Below, one piece after another: positions 27,112-41,031 of a stretch of DNA of 64,000 nt. The position numbers were made by a program, and so were the translations under genes. Location of the stretch: positions 114,514,001 to 114,578,000 of the forward strand of contig OZ024745.1 of the NCBI GenBank assembly GCA_964016885.1, in the 5' to 3' direction. Positions within the stretch are counted from its first letter, which is position 1. Every line of letters begins with the position of its first letter. This stretch comes from Eledone cirrhosa. Its lineage: Eukaryota. The notes below the pieces were generated by a model. That model had not been told where the DNA came from, searched no databases, and was given only the letters and a program-made list of their open reading frames with translations.

Positions 27112-27458
27112 ATATTTATTAAAATAATAGATTAAAGTTTAAGCAAAGAATCGCTGCTTTCACCCTTAATGGGATCTTCTGAAACTAACAAAGTCAATCT
27201 GTAAACGCAGAAGTGAATATTTCAAAAAACGTTGCAACCGGAGGAAGACAGGAAGACGATACTTTGGTTCGTGGAAACGTTCCCTGCTGTATCAGGAGTT
27301 CTAGGTATAACCAAAGTATCGTCTTCCTGTCTTCCTCCGGTTGCAACGTTTTTTGAAATATTCACTTCTGCGTTTACAGATTGACTTTGTTAGTTTCAGA
27401 AGATCCCGTTAAGGATGAAAGCAGCGATTCTTTGCTTAAACTTTAATCTGTTATTTGA

Positions 27459-27466
<8 letters not shown>
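27112..27466. repeat. Large near-perfect inverted repeat (158-bp arms, 39-bp spacer), likely a Penelope-like fold-back remnant
   Basis: 27112-27269 is the reverse complement of 27309-27466 with about 4 mismatches. Each arm carries a variant hammerhead core and AATAAA, and the element sits between (TA)n tracts. Confidence 0.9.
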
Positions 27467-27494
<28 letters not shown>

Positions 27495-27799
27495 TAGTAG
27501 AGTAAACCGTCGTTGTCGGTTAATTTTTACCATAGAATGCCTTTCTTTTAATTTTTTTCATCAATCGTCCCCAAGTTGGAAATTTACTCAGTGGAGCTGT
27601 AAGTTGAAATGGTATATCAGTGACTTGTGTACTTTACCGTGAGCGCCTTCACGTAAACATCGGATAAAGCGTTAGTGGACCAAAGGTTATAGGAGAAGAC
27701 ACCTGATCAAGATGTAATGCAGTGGGACTGAATCCGAAATCACGTGGTTTGCCAAGTGTACTCCTTAACTTTCCCTCCACCATACCCCATACATATTTA

Positions 27800-27985
27800 C
27801 AATCATCATCATGTTCCCGCAACTGGTGCTGGGGTACCACTCTAGACGCCTTTGCGGTCAGTTGTCATCATTGGTCTCTATTCTCCGTCATACGTAAAAC
27901 GGTCACTCTGTTGTAACCCGTCCAGTCTTTGATGATGTTGGACCAGGACTTTGTTTGTCTTCCTCTTCTTCACCCTCTCTCTAAT
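27800..27985 (-). mobile_element. LINE (RTE-like) 3' end
   Basis: RRGRQTKSWSNIIKDWTG...ENRDQ* C-terminal motif and a (GAT)n tail on the minus strand. Confidence 0.55.
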
Positions 27986-29577
27986 CTTCAGGGGGGAAAT
28001 GAAACAGTTGCTATCGTGGTTTTTTTCGGCGGGGGACTATAACTGTCAAAAAAGCAGTAGCGTTCAAGTTTGTTAAAAACCGCTACAATAACTATCCAGC
28101 TCTCAAAAATTTATTCCCTAACGTCACCTCTCATTTATGCAGTCAAATAAAATGCACGAATCTCGTTGTAATGAATTTTAGACTTTGCCTTGAATTCACA
28201 GCCGATATTATTATGTAATAAAAATTGTTCATGAATGATTTTACTTTTTAAAATTTTACTCGTGGAAATATTGCTCCAGCTCCATCACAGCTGAATAACC
28301 AAGAATAACCTGTTCTGTTAGAAAAATGCATTCGTCAATCCCATATGAAACCTTTGGTGGTACAATTCATACAATAAAATCTATATATAAATGTAAGCGA
28401 CTTCCGTCCGTCACACAATGTGTGTGTGTGTTTGTGAGAATATATGTGTGTAAAAGAAAGGAAGGGGATGGTGGAAAACCTATAGCAAAACAGCGGCTGG
28501 CGTTCCATTTGCTACGCTGTGTGAGTGCATGTGTGTGTGTGTATATAAATGTATGTCTGTGAGTGTATTTTTGTAAGTGTGTCTGTGTTTGCGTGTTTAT
28601 ATTTATATAAATGTATGCATATGCACATACACACACACACGTCAGCGTGTTGAAAAAAATTCTAGTTTAAAAAATCGCTCATATACAAATCTCTGGACAA
28701 AGAATTCAGAGTCTCAGCTAGCGACAGCCCGTTCTGATTCTCGTGAAGCACCTGCTCTATAGTCAGACAACACGATTAATGACTATAAAGAGTCCAGCTC
28801 TAGTAATCATGACAAAACTACTTGAATCTAGTGTTAAAAGTTAAATAACTATTGTCTTTCCTCATTTCAATGCTAAACCAAAGAGAACTGTAGGGCTGTG
28901 TGCCTTGCCAGAAGTATAATGGTCAGTGGTACCTTTTCCCCACTTTAAAACAAGAACAATGAAATCACCTCACCTTCATTTGTTAACAACTTCAATTTAC
29001 AGATGTCGTTGACATTCTTCTGAACATCATCCCAACCCTATTGCTCCATGGACTCAGGGTTAACTCGTCCAAGGTAGAGGCGAAATTCTAATTATGACGC
29101 TGAACACAGCATTCGGTTCGTTCTGAATGGAGCACGCCTTATTCCAAGGGACGATGCCTGCATCTTCGATTTTCCAATCATTTAGAAAGTCATACGTGAA
29201 TGCTTCGGGATGAAACTGACTTGGAAAGCATATGAACCGATTGCGCCTCATCAATTCAAATAGTATTGGACCTACCTATATGCTATAGCTTATGGCTACA
29301 CACCCTCGGGGGCCTCATAAAAACAAAATGTATATTTTATCATTGGTTTTTATTCTTTTACACTAGATCATCAAAAATTATCTTGCTACAATACTTTCTA
29401 TACCTTTCATTTATATAATATATATATATATAATTATTAATATATATAATTATTAATATATATATAATTATTAATATATATATTTATTTATATATAAAAA
29501 TATATATAAGATAAGGGTAATATTGTATATTACCCGATTACTAGTAAGATAAGTAGCTCAATGTAAAATATCAAATA

Positions 29578-29757
29578 TAATTGTTTCTACTTTTGGCACA
29601 AGGCCAGCAATTACCCTGTACATTACATTACTGGTACTTTATTTTATCGACCCCATAAGGATGAAAGGCAAAGTTAACCTCGGAGGGATTTGAACTCAGA
29701 ATGGCAAGGGCCGTAACTCTATGCGTCAAAGCATGGCGTCCGACCCTCTACCGATAC
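29578..29757 (-). mobile_element. Family-A SINE, young subfamily
   Basis: Highly similar to 37998-38176, 40853-41031, 56790-56965 and 61731-61892. Confidence 0.85.
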
Positions 29758-29822
29758 AGAAATACAACATATAATAAAATACATTAAATGCCTTAAACAC
29801 AATTTGATTATTTATGTTGTAT

Positions 29823-29898
<76 letters not shown>

Positions 29899-31489
29899 CT
29901 TATTCTTTATCATTAACATTAATATAAAAAAATAATAATTATATTTTTTAAAGAAGGGCCTCAAATTTCATATAGCTTAGGGCCTTAGCAGATTAAAATC
30001 CGGCCCTGGATACCACCCCGCGCTCTTCTTCCTGAGGAACTGATTCTCTCTTCCTAATCCTCTATGTATACTGTGTGGTGCTCCTTGTCATCATCAAGTA
30101 GCATGCCTCAGGAAACTTTACACCACCGTCCGTCGCTGAGCTAAACTTTTTGCAATGTTGGTTTCAACGTCTCTGGCTGGCAACAAGTGAACCTCACTGT
30201 GAGGTTCGGTGGTCTCGTGCTCCGCGCAACATTTGACATTACACTGTCAGCTTACTTGTCATCAGAAGGACCCTCGGCGGAGCCAGTTTCCTATCAAACG
30301 CCTACGGGTTTCGGCCTTGGTGACGGTTTGCATACAAACGAGATAGCCCCTTTCCCGTTCGAAAGGATCTCTAAACTGTGATGCCACGTGCTGCAACACA
30401 TTCTTTGACCACAAATCCGGGTATTATGGGGCGTAACACACAGAAGTAGAAGATATCCATATACAGGGACTTAACTAACCGCTTTCTATTCGTCAAAACA
30501 TTCAGTCGTTGATCCCCGAACTACTGTTTCCTCTGCAACATTGGGAGGAGTGTATCCCGTCATGGGGTGGAGTGACTGATGCAGTGTGTATCGCTCGCTG
30601 GTCTCTGCGGCAATGTATTCAATATCTTGTCCATGAGGTGCAGATAAGATATACTGCTTAGACAGTGGTGTAGAGCCTGTTCCTCCCTTTCCCATTCTTT
30701 TCATATAAGTTTCTCTCCGTTTATTATGCAAAATATGAAACATAAATAAATAAATAAATACAATTTTATCTTTTTTTTTCTTCCTGCGTATTATGCGAAA
30801 TATAGGGTCTCAATTTCGTCGACCTCCTCGCGGTGGGCCCTGCATACCGATCACAGATCTTTAGTCTTGATCAGGCGAACAACAAACTGAGACCAACTCA
30901 TACGAAAGAAGAGTTGTATAATATATTTATCTTAGTAATTAAATTATATTTCTATATAGGCTTTTTTTTAATATAATTTCACACTTTATTTTAATTTTTG
31001 TCTATCTTAATAAAATTAAAGATGGGAATGTGAAATATATATTAATATATTAATTTTTTATTGCATTCAAATGTTCGTATCTGAAAGTGAACGAGTTCTC
31101 TCCCTTATATAAACCGGATATTAAGTCGCAATTTTATTCAATAAACGTTAATATAATATAGTTTAATATGTAAAATATAATATAGAGCGAATGGGTATAT
31201 AAGCCCATCAAATATGTTTCCTTGTGGTTGTTTGGGTGATATACACGCCTTCTGATTAGAGCCCAACTAGACCCGAAAATCGATTAAAGATGTTTCAATT
31301 TACAGGGGAATTCGTATTTTCTGGCATGTTTACATGTCTACTTATTAAAAACCGTGTATATTTATACACACATTGGTGCATCTCGGTTACCCACTCTCTC
31401 TCTCTATAGATATAACTTTATAGATATAACTATATAGATATAACTTTATCATACATTTGGCTGCTAACACACTTCTTAATATATATATA

Positions 31490-31874
31490 TTAAGAAATTA
31501 TTAACCATCTTGCCAACAACAACCCTGAGTACCTTTTTGACTTCCATGTGTCTAACACACGTGGGCATGCCAACAAAGTCAGAAAACAGCACAGCTCCCA
31601 TGACTTTCGGAAACATTTTTTCACGCTCAGAGTTGCTGAAGCATGGAGCAAACTACCTGCATCAGTTGTTAGCTGTTGAAACACTGCATCCTTTAAAACC
31701 TCCATGCTTCCTGAGATTCGCCAACACTACACCTAATATTCCCCCTCCATACACACATGTATATCATACACTATTCACTTCCCTGACATTTGTATATTAT
31801 TCTATGAACTATACATGCACCTTTGACGAGTTGTAGTGCACCTGAGCACTTTACACAATAATTTCATTATTATT
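31490..31874 (+). mobile_element. CR1-clade LINE 3' end
   Basis: NTRGHANKVRKQHSSHDFRKHFFTLRVAEAWSKLPASVV is the typical CR1 ORF2 C-terminus. The 3' UTR ends in (ATT)n. Confidence 0.8.
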
Positions 31875-32083
31875 TATATCAGACCAGTCAACGATCCCCA
31901 TCCAACGGGGACATCTCCCACCCACTTTGGGGTGGGCGAGAGATGTCTTCTCTTGTGAAAATGGGTATAGCTTTCATTATGTAAAATCTCCCCAATTTTG
32001 CCTTGTTTTTCCCCATTTTGGGACATTTTTTTTCATGGTACTCCACATATGGGTTTTTAGGGGTTGGCATATATGTATATATA

Positions 32084-32416
32084 GGCACATGGCTTAGTGG
32101 TTAGAGCATTGGCTTTGCAATCGAAAGGTTGTGAGTTCAATTCTCAGACCGGGTGATGTGTTGTTACCTTGAGCAAGACACTTTATTTCACATTGCTCCA
32201 GTTCACTCAGCTGTAGAAATGAGATGATAGGACTGGGGTCCCTATCATTCCACTGCAAAGTGGTCGTGGAGGTGCCACGGCAAAAAAAAGCACCCAGCAC
32301 TCACTATAAATGAGGTTGGTGTTAGGAAGGGCATCCAGCTGTAGAAATCAAGCCAGAATCAGTTCCCGTCCCATCCTTGCAAGCAGGGAAAAGTGGACGT
32401 AAAATGAAATGATGAT
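32084..32416 (+). mobile_element. Family-B CORE-like SINE, near full length
   Basis: A box TGGCTTAGTGG, B box GAGTTCAATTC, CORE-like CCTTGAGCAAGACACT, GGAAGGGCATCCAGC segment and a (GAT) tail. Confidence 0.85.
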
Positions 32417-33259
32417 ATATATAACATCCATAATGTTGAACTTGTTCCAGAAGTCTCTAACTAGGTATATTGTGGCCAATAATTGCTTTTATGAGTTGTT
32501 TTAAATTTCTCAGTTAATGTGCCTTGGGTGACACCTTGATTCATTGGCTGGAGCAAATAAATTGTGTTCTTGGAGATATATTCTACTATTACATTCTCAG
32601 AAAGATCATTTCTCACAGTGTGCATTCATGCATTGTCTAAAAGGAATTTTTAGTTTTGAGATGTTTAAAATATAAGGAAGGAATCAATCAACAAGGTCCC
32701 AGACCTCATTTGCTTACAGAGTGGTTGGAACTCATCAAATCAGACCAAGGAAACAAGGTTTCCATTGGTCTTTCCATTGCTGATACTATCTATCAGTCGC
32801 AACTCCTGACAGAAAGAGCAACATGAAATAAAGTGTCTTGCTCAAGGACATAACGCATCGCCCAGTCCGGGAATCAATCTTACAACCTTACGATTGTGAA
32901 TCTATTTCTCTAACCACTGAGCTATGAACCTTCACTTAGTATACTAAGAATTATTTTATATGAATTAAGTTATCCCTGATTTTGTTGGACAAAACAACTT
33001 GTAGTTGAACAGTGCTGAAGAAAATCTAAATTTTACATAATAAAAGGCTTTTAAGAGAATAATTGAAGTTTAAGGATCACAAAGACAATTGTAATGTAAT
33101 TGTAATGTAATTGAAGTTTAATAGCAAAACCCTCTAAAATTAAAACTGTCACAGGCATGATCACCAGTAGCACAATTTTTCTCAAAAGCTAAATCTGGTA
33201 GTTGTAGATAGCTAATTCAATAGGGTGCCAAATAAGTAGACAAGTGGTTCACACCTTGT

Positions 33260-34200
33260 CTTTGACTTACCTTTCATCCTTACGGGGTCGATAAAATAAA
33301 GTACCAGTAATGTACTGGAGTAATTGCTGGCCTTGTGCCAAAAACTAGAAACAATTATTATGACATTGAGCAGGGCAGTGGATTGGCAGTATTGGTAGAG
33401 CATTGGGCAACACGCTTTGTAGCATAGTTATGTCTCTTTAGGTTCTAAGCTCAAATCCCACCAAGGTTAGCTTTGCCTTTCATTCTTATAGGGTCAATAA
33501 AATAATCTAATTTAATCTGGCCAAGTTTACACTCACAAATAAGAAGAACCAGGGCCGCCCCTAGGAGCATTGGATTTGATGTACTTCATATTTGTTTCAG
33601 TTGCTGAATACAGTCAGGGGTTCTGCTTCTCTTGAGGGTCAATAGTTCTCTTCTAACTCAAGCGGGAGCGCCTTTCCATTGTCAATTTGCATTGATCATT
33701 TGCTAAGCTGCATTGTTCTCAGAACCACTACACCAGTCTTTCGATACGTGCAGCTGGAACTACTGCCACCCATTAGTTTGGAAGGATTGCAACTCATTTC
33801 TACAGCTGAGTAAACTGAAGCAACATGAAATAAAGTGTCTTGCTCAAGGACACAACATATCACCCGGTCCGAGAATCAAACTCACAACCTTTTGATTGCA
33901 AACCCAATGGTCTAACCACTAAGCCATGCGCCTTCACTAAATAAAGTACTAGTAATTCACTGGAATTGATTGGTCCAAAATTGTTGGTCTTGTGCCTAAA
34001 TCAGAAACCATTATTATGACATTAGGGCTGAGGATTGGCAGTATCGGTGGAGTGTCAGATAACATGCTTTTGATATATAGTTAGGTCAAACCCTGCCATG
34101 GTTAGCTTTAATTTTCATCCTTCCAGGGTCAATAAAATAAAGTACCAGTCACATACTCGGATCTGTGTAATTAACTTTCTCCTCTCAACAAATTGTTGGA
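33260..34200. mobile_element. Cluster of nested/tandem SINEs (family A pieces in both orientations; family B at 33740-33936 minus)
   Basis: Matches to family A and B consensus segments. ATTATTATGACATT is repeated at the junctions. Confidence 0.7.
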
Positions 34201-34422
34201 CTTAACATTTAACAATTGAGTACATCGAGCTTAAATTACTAGAGGGTGAGATGGCTCACTGCTATAAGAAGCTGTAGTAGCTCTGTAAACTTGACAAACA
34301 TTTGTCTGATGTGTCTGTGTCAACACATGTACTTGGACCATGATACAACTATAAACAGGAGAACTCTACTTCAATTATATAAAAAAAAACATCTCCAGAC
34401 TGTTGAAAAAAAATACCCCAGC

Positions 34423-34572
34423 CAGGGTCAGACATAAACTAAAAGGACTAATTATTCCCAATTGAGCCCCACAGCTGAGGTCAGTTATAAATTAGTAGGA
34501 CTAATTACTCCCAACTGAGCCCCAGCTAGGGTCAGATATAAACTAAAAGGACTAATTACTCCCAATTGAGTC
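34423..34572. repeat. Minisatellite, about 52-bp unit x3
   Basis: GGTCAGAYATAAACTAAAAGGACTAATTAYTCCCAATTGAG repeated three times. Confidence 0.85.
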
Positions 34573-37500
34573 TCATGCTTAAGGGGGCTTTATGCTAAAG
34601 TAATTTTCTCTCAGCTTGTCAAATATATGCAACAACATATTGCAATATATATGTAACATCTGGATGTTACATATATATATGTAACATCCAGATAGGTCCC
34701 ACACCTATGGTTGACTCTTAGTTACTAAATCCTAGTATTGATTTCTTTTCACCAAACATAAACCCAGTACTTACTTGGGGGTGGGGATGTACTGTTCATT
34801 GATTCAACTGGTAGTGATTATGTTGAAGCAGGAAATCCTAGGCTTTTTCTGCCAATTCATTCTCTTTTACCTGTTCCAGTTGACTGGTTGAGGCCATGCT
34901 GGGGCACCACTATTATGGTATATAGGGTCTCTAGGCACATACCCATATTGAAAGCTGCAAATTGAAAGCTACAACACAAAGCACCCTTCTGTTCTCTGAG
35001 CTCATCCGATCACCAAGACCCTAATTTTTTTATCATATATCCCATGATGGTATCATAGGTTACAAGTTTTTAATGGGACAATCACTAATTCACTGACTTT
35101 ATGATTATTAGATTGACAAGGGAGTGTCTGTATAACTTGATGCAGAACAAATATCACTAAGAATTTTTTGTTAATGATCATCAATTTATTAGTTTCTACA
35201 CCTATGTTTATATCTTTCACTGATATACAAATACATATACAGATATATGATAGACTGCTATACAATTTTCAGCTGCCAAATCCACTCACAAGGTATTTGT
35301 CAATTTAATATCATAATAGCAGATACTTCTTCAAGGTACTACACTGTTGAATCAAACTAAGAACTATTTAGTAGCAAAGTGCACTCCTCGATTCCATAGC
35401 CATGCCTACTGAATACCCAGAACCATATAACAAGATGTAAGCTTCCTAAAGGATAGTTTCAATTTCTGGTCCAAGCTACTTTTATTTCATTTTGGGAATA
35501 ATGTAAATGTTACAGCATCCCAGCAAATCCGTGACCTTGTGCTTTCCTATTCCTAATTTCCAATTTAAATTGTCAGTGTCCTCAATAAAATCATGGCTCA
35601 GTCCACAGGTTGTAAAGAGATACCATGTGCAGGAGCAATTTACTGTTACAACAACAAGAATACTTGAGAATGGTAATGGATACAAAAAGGAATTGAAACT
35701 GGATTTTGGACTTAGCTTTTAGTGAGCTGTGTAGAATAGGGTTTGCCCTTGAGCTACACAACTCTCTGACTTAATTATTATTGGAAAGAAATAAAAAACA
35801 TTTTCACAGAAACTTTGAAATATCACTGTTTCTCACACAATATACTAACTGTTACAGAATGAGCAGTTCAGTATAACTTTCTCTCAGCTTCTAATACAAA
35901 CCTAAGTTCTCCTCATTTATTCACTTAAATATGAACCTTAGCATTTCAAGTAAATATGAGAATTTGTGTAATGAAAATAATATGTAACCTTTCATTAGCA
36001 TTGTATTTCAGAGTTACATCTAGCTTTCAAAATATCTTAGGCTGATGGAAACTAGATATATTCTAACTTCACGCCAACAATATTCAGCTACTAAAAATAT
36101 ACCAAAATATATTTATCTTTTATTTTATTTTTCTTCTTATTGTTATTTCATCTCAACTTTGCCTTTCATCCTCCTGAGGTCTATAAAATAATGTTCCAGT
36201 TAAGTACTAGGGTCGATTTAATCAACTTTCTCCTTCCTTTCAAATTGCTGGCCTTGTGCTAATGTTAGAAACAATTATTGTTTCATTTAATCTCCATTAA
36301 TAATTTGTTCTTATAGTTCATATCTTTGTAAATAGTTTGCTCTCAACAATGAAGTGCTTTGAACCATTTAACCTTGCCTAGCATCATTCCACCCACATAC
36401 ACAAAAAAAAAACAACTAAAAATAATGAGTCCATATGTAAACTAAGCCAATTTGACATGATTTAATAACATAGACCAGATTAAGTGTTAGAAATTCCACT
36501 GAATTTATCATCTCAAGCAATAGGCATGCATGTATGGTCTCATAACTTCTGAAGCAGTTGTAGGGGTGTTGTGACATAAGGCATTTCTTGGGCAAAGTTG
36601 ACCTCAGCAGAATTTTTAAACCTAGCAGAGCCCATCTCCTTTCCATGTCTGAATACAGCAGATTTCTTCCAGAGAAGGACAGAGAAAGAGTGAGAAAGAG
36701 ATATAGGGGAAGAATCGACTAGAACTTTTTCTCTATTGACCTCAAATGGATGAAAGGCAAAGTTGACCATGGCAGAATTTGAACTCAGAGAGTAGAGGGC
36801 CAAAACGAATACCACAAAGCATTCTATCTGAGGTTCTAACGACTCTGCCAATTCACCACCTTCTCAAGCAATATTAATTTGACCCATTAGATCAACAGTG
36901 TTGAACTATGAGTTGAAAGGTGACCAATGTCACTAGTATTCTATGTGTACATAACCAAGATACTGGGGTCTTATGTTCAGTTAACTTAGCTGGACACGTA
37001 CAGTATATTGTATGAGAAACAGGTATTTTGTTAGCTTGAAATTCATGTATTCCTATAGAAAATATAGTGAGAAGTATGTTACCTAAGAAGCACTGACATT
37101 GAATCCATGATGAGATTTGTTTCACATCTGTTGAACATCTCAGGTTTCAGAAATATGTACTACACCTAATAGCCAAACCTTCTCTCAGTTTCTCTATAAT
37201 CCACCTATTATTCAGATTTACACTACATTTCCAACAAATCCTGCTTCCTTGATTTCTCTCCATTCACTCAAATATTTCTTCATTTGCAGTCCATATTTCA
37301 CTTCTATGAATCATACATTTGATATATTCAATATATAGGTCTACCAGTTCTGTCCACTGTATTGCTCCTTAAGACAAGTTAGAGTTGTCATTTTTACAAT
37401 CATTTTTCCATGCTTGCATGGGTTAGACAAAGCCTGGAGCTTATTCTAGTTTCATGAATGTTAAGTGGCTAAGAATACTCCCACATCTGAATGGGATGCT

Positions 37501-37997
37501 AGTCCATTGCAAGACTAACTCCCAGCTACCATTTTCAGTGGTACTCATTTTCAGCTGAATGAATATGACTAACATGAAAAGAAGTGCCTTACTCAAAGAC
37601 ACAATGCATCACTGTCTAGGAATTGAATCCATGACCTTATGATCCATGACCTTATGATCCATGACCTTATGATCCTGGCCACAGATAATGCAATTTGTTA
37701 TTCTATTAATGAGAATTACAGCTGTTGAAGTTATCGAGGTGTTGGTCTACTAGACAAAAGTTGAAGTTTCATACCAATAGTTGACATTAGGCTAAATCCA
37801 TGAGAAAGGCACTTATCTTTCAATGACTACTTGACCAGTTATAAAACATATGCCATGTTTATACACAGCTTACCACTGCAAGCAGTAGTTGACAAATACT
37901 TCATCATACTGAAATGTTGAGCTCATATCTTGACATGGTGAAAAAAAAACCTGGAATCATAAGTAGTTGAGACATCTCGCAAATATATACAACATTA

Positions 37998-38500
37998 ATT
38001 GTTTCTACTTTTTTGGCACAAGGCCAGCAATTACCCAGTACATTACTGGTACTTTATTTTATCGACCCCGTAAGGATGAAAGGCAAAGTGAACCTTGGCG
38101 GGATTTGAACTCAGACCGTAAAGGGACGTAACTATGCTGGAAAGCATGGCATCCGACTCTCTACTGATACTGCCAATCCACCCAACATTAATGGTTTCTA
38201 ACATTGTTACAGGGTCAGTAATTTGGCTAGAGAGGAAAGAGTAAATCATATGAACCTCAGAATGCTCTTATACATTTCATCATTAGTGATTTTTAACATA
38301 AACACAGTGCCAACAATTTGGGGGAGAGCAGAGTCAATCCTATCAATCCCAGTAGTTGACTGGTACTTTATATTATCGACCTTGGATGGATGAAAGGCAA
38401 AATTGACGTCAACAGGATTTGAACTCAGAAAGTAAAGAGCCAGAACATACAGTGCTAAGAACTTGTCTGATGCTCTAACACTTCTGCCAACCCACCATCT
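37998..38500 (-). mobile_element. Tandem family-A SINE copies
   Basis: Young copy at 37998-38176 followed by older copies with GGATGAAAGGCAAA..GATTTGAACTCAG. Confidence 0.8.
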
Positions 38501-40852
38501 TTACACTACAACATTGATGACATTGTATAAATTAAACTCTTCTTTAATTTAATTAATCCTGTTGTAATTTAGCAGAAAATATCTAAAACACAAGTTTGTA
38601 AATTCAAATGTTTGTAGTGTCTTTCCTAATGATCAGTCATTGTGAAAATTTGCAGCAAACTAAACTAAAAACTTTAATTTTAACATGATGCCATCATAGT
38701 ATTGTTTTGTACATTCCAAAAATGTCTTCCTAATGCAGTTTCATGTAGTACAGGATATTAAGAGTTTAACTATCATTTTAATTTTATGGTTGAAATGGTT
38801 ATTAGTAAAAAAGTATTTCAACCATTAAAAAACACCAGCTATGACAGCCCACATCATTAAGTTTATTGAACCATTTAACCTATTTTAACAAAAACAAAAA
38901 AGACTTATGAATTCATGCATAAATTAATGAAATTCCACATAAGCAATATGATTTTAATAACTAATTAATTAGTTCAGTTACAGCAAAAATAGATAACATT
39001 ATAAGTTCTATTGTGTAAGATTTCACTCTTCAAGATTTGCATTTATGTACCCTGGGTGTGTGTGTGTATGGATATGCACATGCACATCTAAAAAGTCTAA
39101 AGACTGCCTCGAGCCCAGAGGCTCATCAGGCTGGATCCCGGTTTCTGTGACATTAAGTGACTGAGAGTATAATACTCTTCCCCCTGGACAGGATGCCAGT
39201 CCATTGTAGTGTTAAATCCCCAGCTATTACTGATACTCATTTTTAGTTGAGTATACTGGAACAACGTGAAATGAAGTATTTTGCTCAAGAACACAACACA
39301 CAACACCTTCTAGGGATCAAACCCACAACATTATGATCATAAGTCCAATACGCTTACCACCAGGTCATACATATTTGCATGTGCTCAAACAATCAGATTC
39401 ATAATGAAAAAGTGTCAGACATGCTTTGCAGCATAGTTACACTCTGAATTCAAATCCCAGTAATGCACTAGGGATGTCTTAATCAACTTATTCCTCTCCC
39501 ATTATTTTCTAAATTAGTAAAAAATCATAAGTAGTGTATTTTATTAGAAACATGCTAGTGGAAATGTTATATCAGTGAGTTGTACTAACTCTTAGCATTT
39601 CTTTGCAGTAAGGTGAACAATATCAATGGTGGTTAAGTGCCCTTGGTCATGCTTCTAAGCTGGTTACAGGTTGTGAACCAACAATATCTTAATAGGTAGT
39701 CTAGCACCTATCAACTTGGCCAGCTGCTTCTTGTTTCCCAAGAGTATTAGCATTGTTGAAAATAGTTAACTAGAATCAAAATTAGGTCACAAGCTCAGCT
39801 CAGCTCACCAAGAACTTCCCTCTGCATTATAGTAAATGGCATTATAATATCTGTAAATTTCATTACAAACTTCCTTTTAGTAATTTTTCTACTGTATCCT
39901 AATGATTCTAAATTATTAGCAACAAAATTGGTTCATAAAGACTCTAGCATGTTGATGCAAGATTAACACATTTGTGTGGATAAACAAGGAACCAACTTAG
40001 GGTATTTGTTTTAATCTGTCTTGACCAAATTAGAAACAGTTATAAAAACAAACTATAGAAACATACTTTTATAGTTATATATCATGTTTTTTTTTATGAA
40101 AAGATATTTTTTTGCTGCTTCACTGCTGCTATTGGAAGATTTTATTTGAATTCAAAACAAAGGAAGAGCAATTTTTAATCTAAAACATAATGGTCTCTAA
40201 ATTAGGCAAAGGCCCACAATTTGGGAGAAGAGGAAAGCTGATTATATTAACCCAATACTTGACTGATACTTTATTTTATTGAACCCAGAAGGCAAATATA
40301 GTCAGAACGGTGTTTGGTTGTTTATCTCTTTAGAAATCATAATATAAATGATTTTAGAAATGTTGATATATTTATCTACTTTATTAAAGTACTAACAATT
40401 GATTATGTGTGGTGTAAATTGTCGGTTACACTGTAGAAAAGGGATGATAAGAGTGTGTGTGCGGGAGAGAGAAAAAGAATGGTGGGAGAGGTGGTGGTGT
40501 CAAATTTTGTTTAACCTACATTGTACAAAATATAAATGAGTAAAATATTCTTTCAGTCATTTGTTAATATATTATTTCTGTGTATATATAACTTATAAAT
40601 AAAACACTTAAAATTCCATATTGGGGTTGTTTCTAATTAAACCAGAGAATTTCCATGGCACCAGTTAATTCATATAAAAATGGTAGAATTGTGAAACTAC
40701 AAAATGTGACTTGTGTAATTTGGTAGGGCAATTTCAACTACTAAAAGTGATATTCTTGCTGTGATGAGAGATCGGAGAGTCTGGAACAAGAACTTTGGAC
40801 ATGCTTCACCTTCGATGGAGCGATGGTTCAAGAAGAAGAAGTGTGAACAAAT

Positions 40853-41031
40853 AATTGTTTCTACTTTAGGCACAAGGCCAGCAATTACCCAGTGCATTAC
40901 TGGTACTTTATTTTATTGACCCCGTAAGGATGAAAGGCAAAGTCAACCTCGGCGGGATTTGAACTCAGATCGTAAAGGGTCGTAACTATGCTGGAAAGCA
41001 TGGCGTCCGACCCTCTACCGATACTGCCACT
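40853..41031 (-). mobile_element. Family-A SINE, young subfamily
   Basis: A box TGGCAGTATCGG and B box GAGTTCAAATCC on the minus strand. Near identical to 61731-61892. Confidence 0.88.

Noticed and set aside
32084-32160. tRNA genes at A/B-box sequences (also 17345, 44731, 48340)
   Set aside because: No cloverleaf. They run into SINE cores and are SINE heads.
38404-38411. Full CRE TGACGTCA
   Set aside because: A chance mutation product inside a decayed SINE copy.
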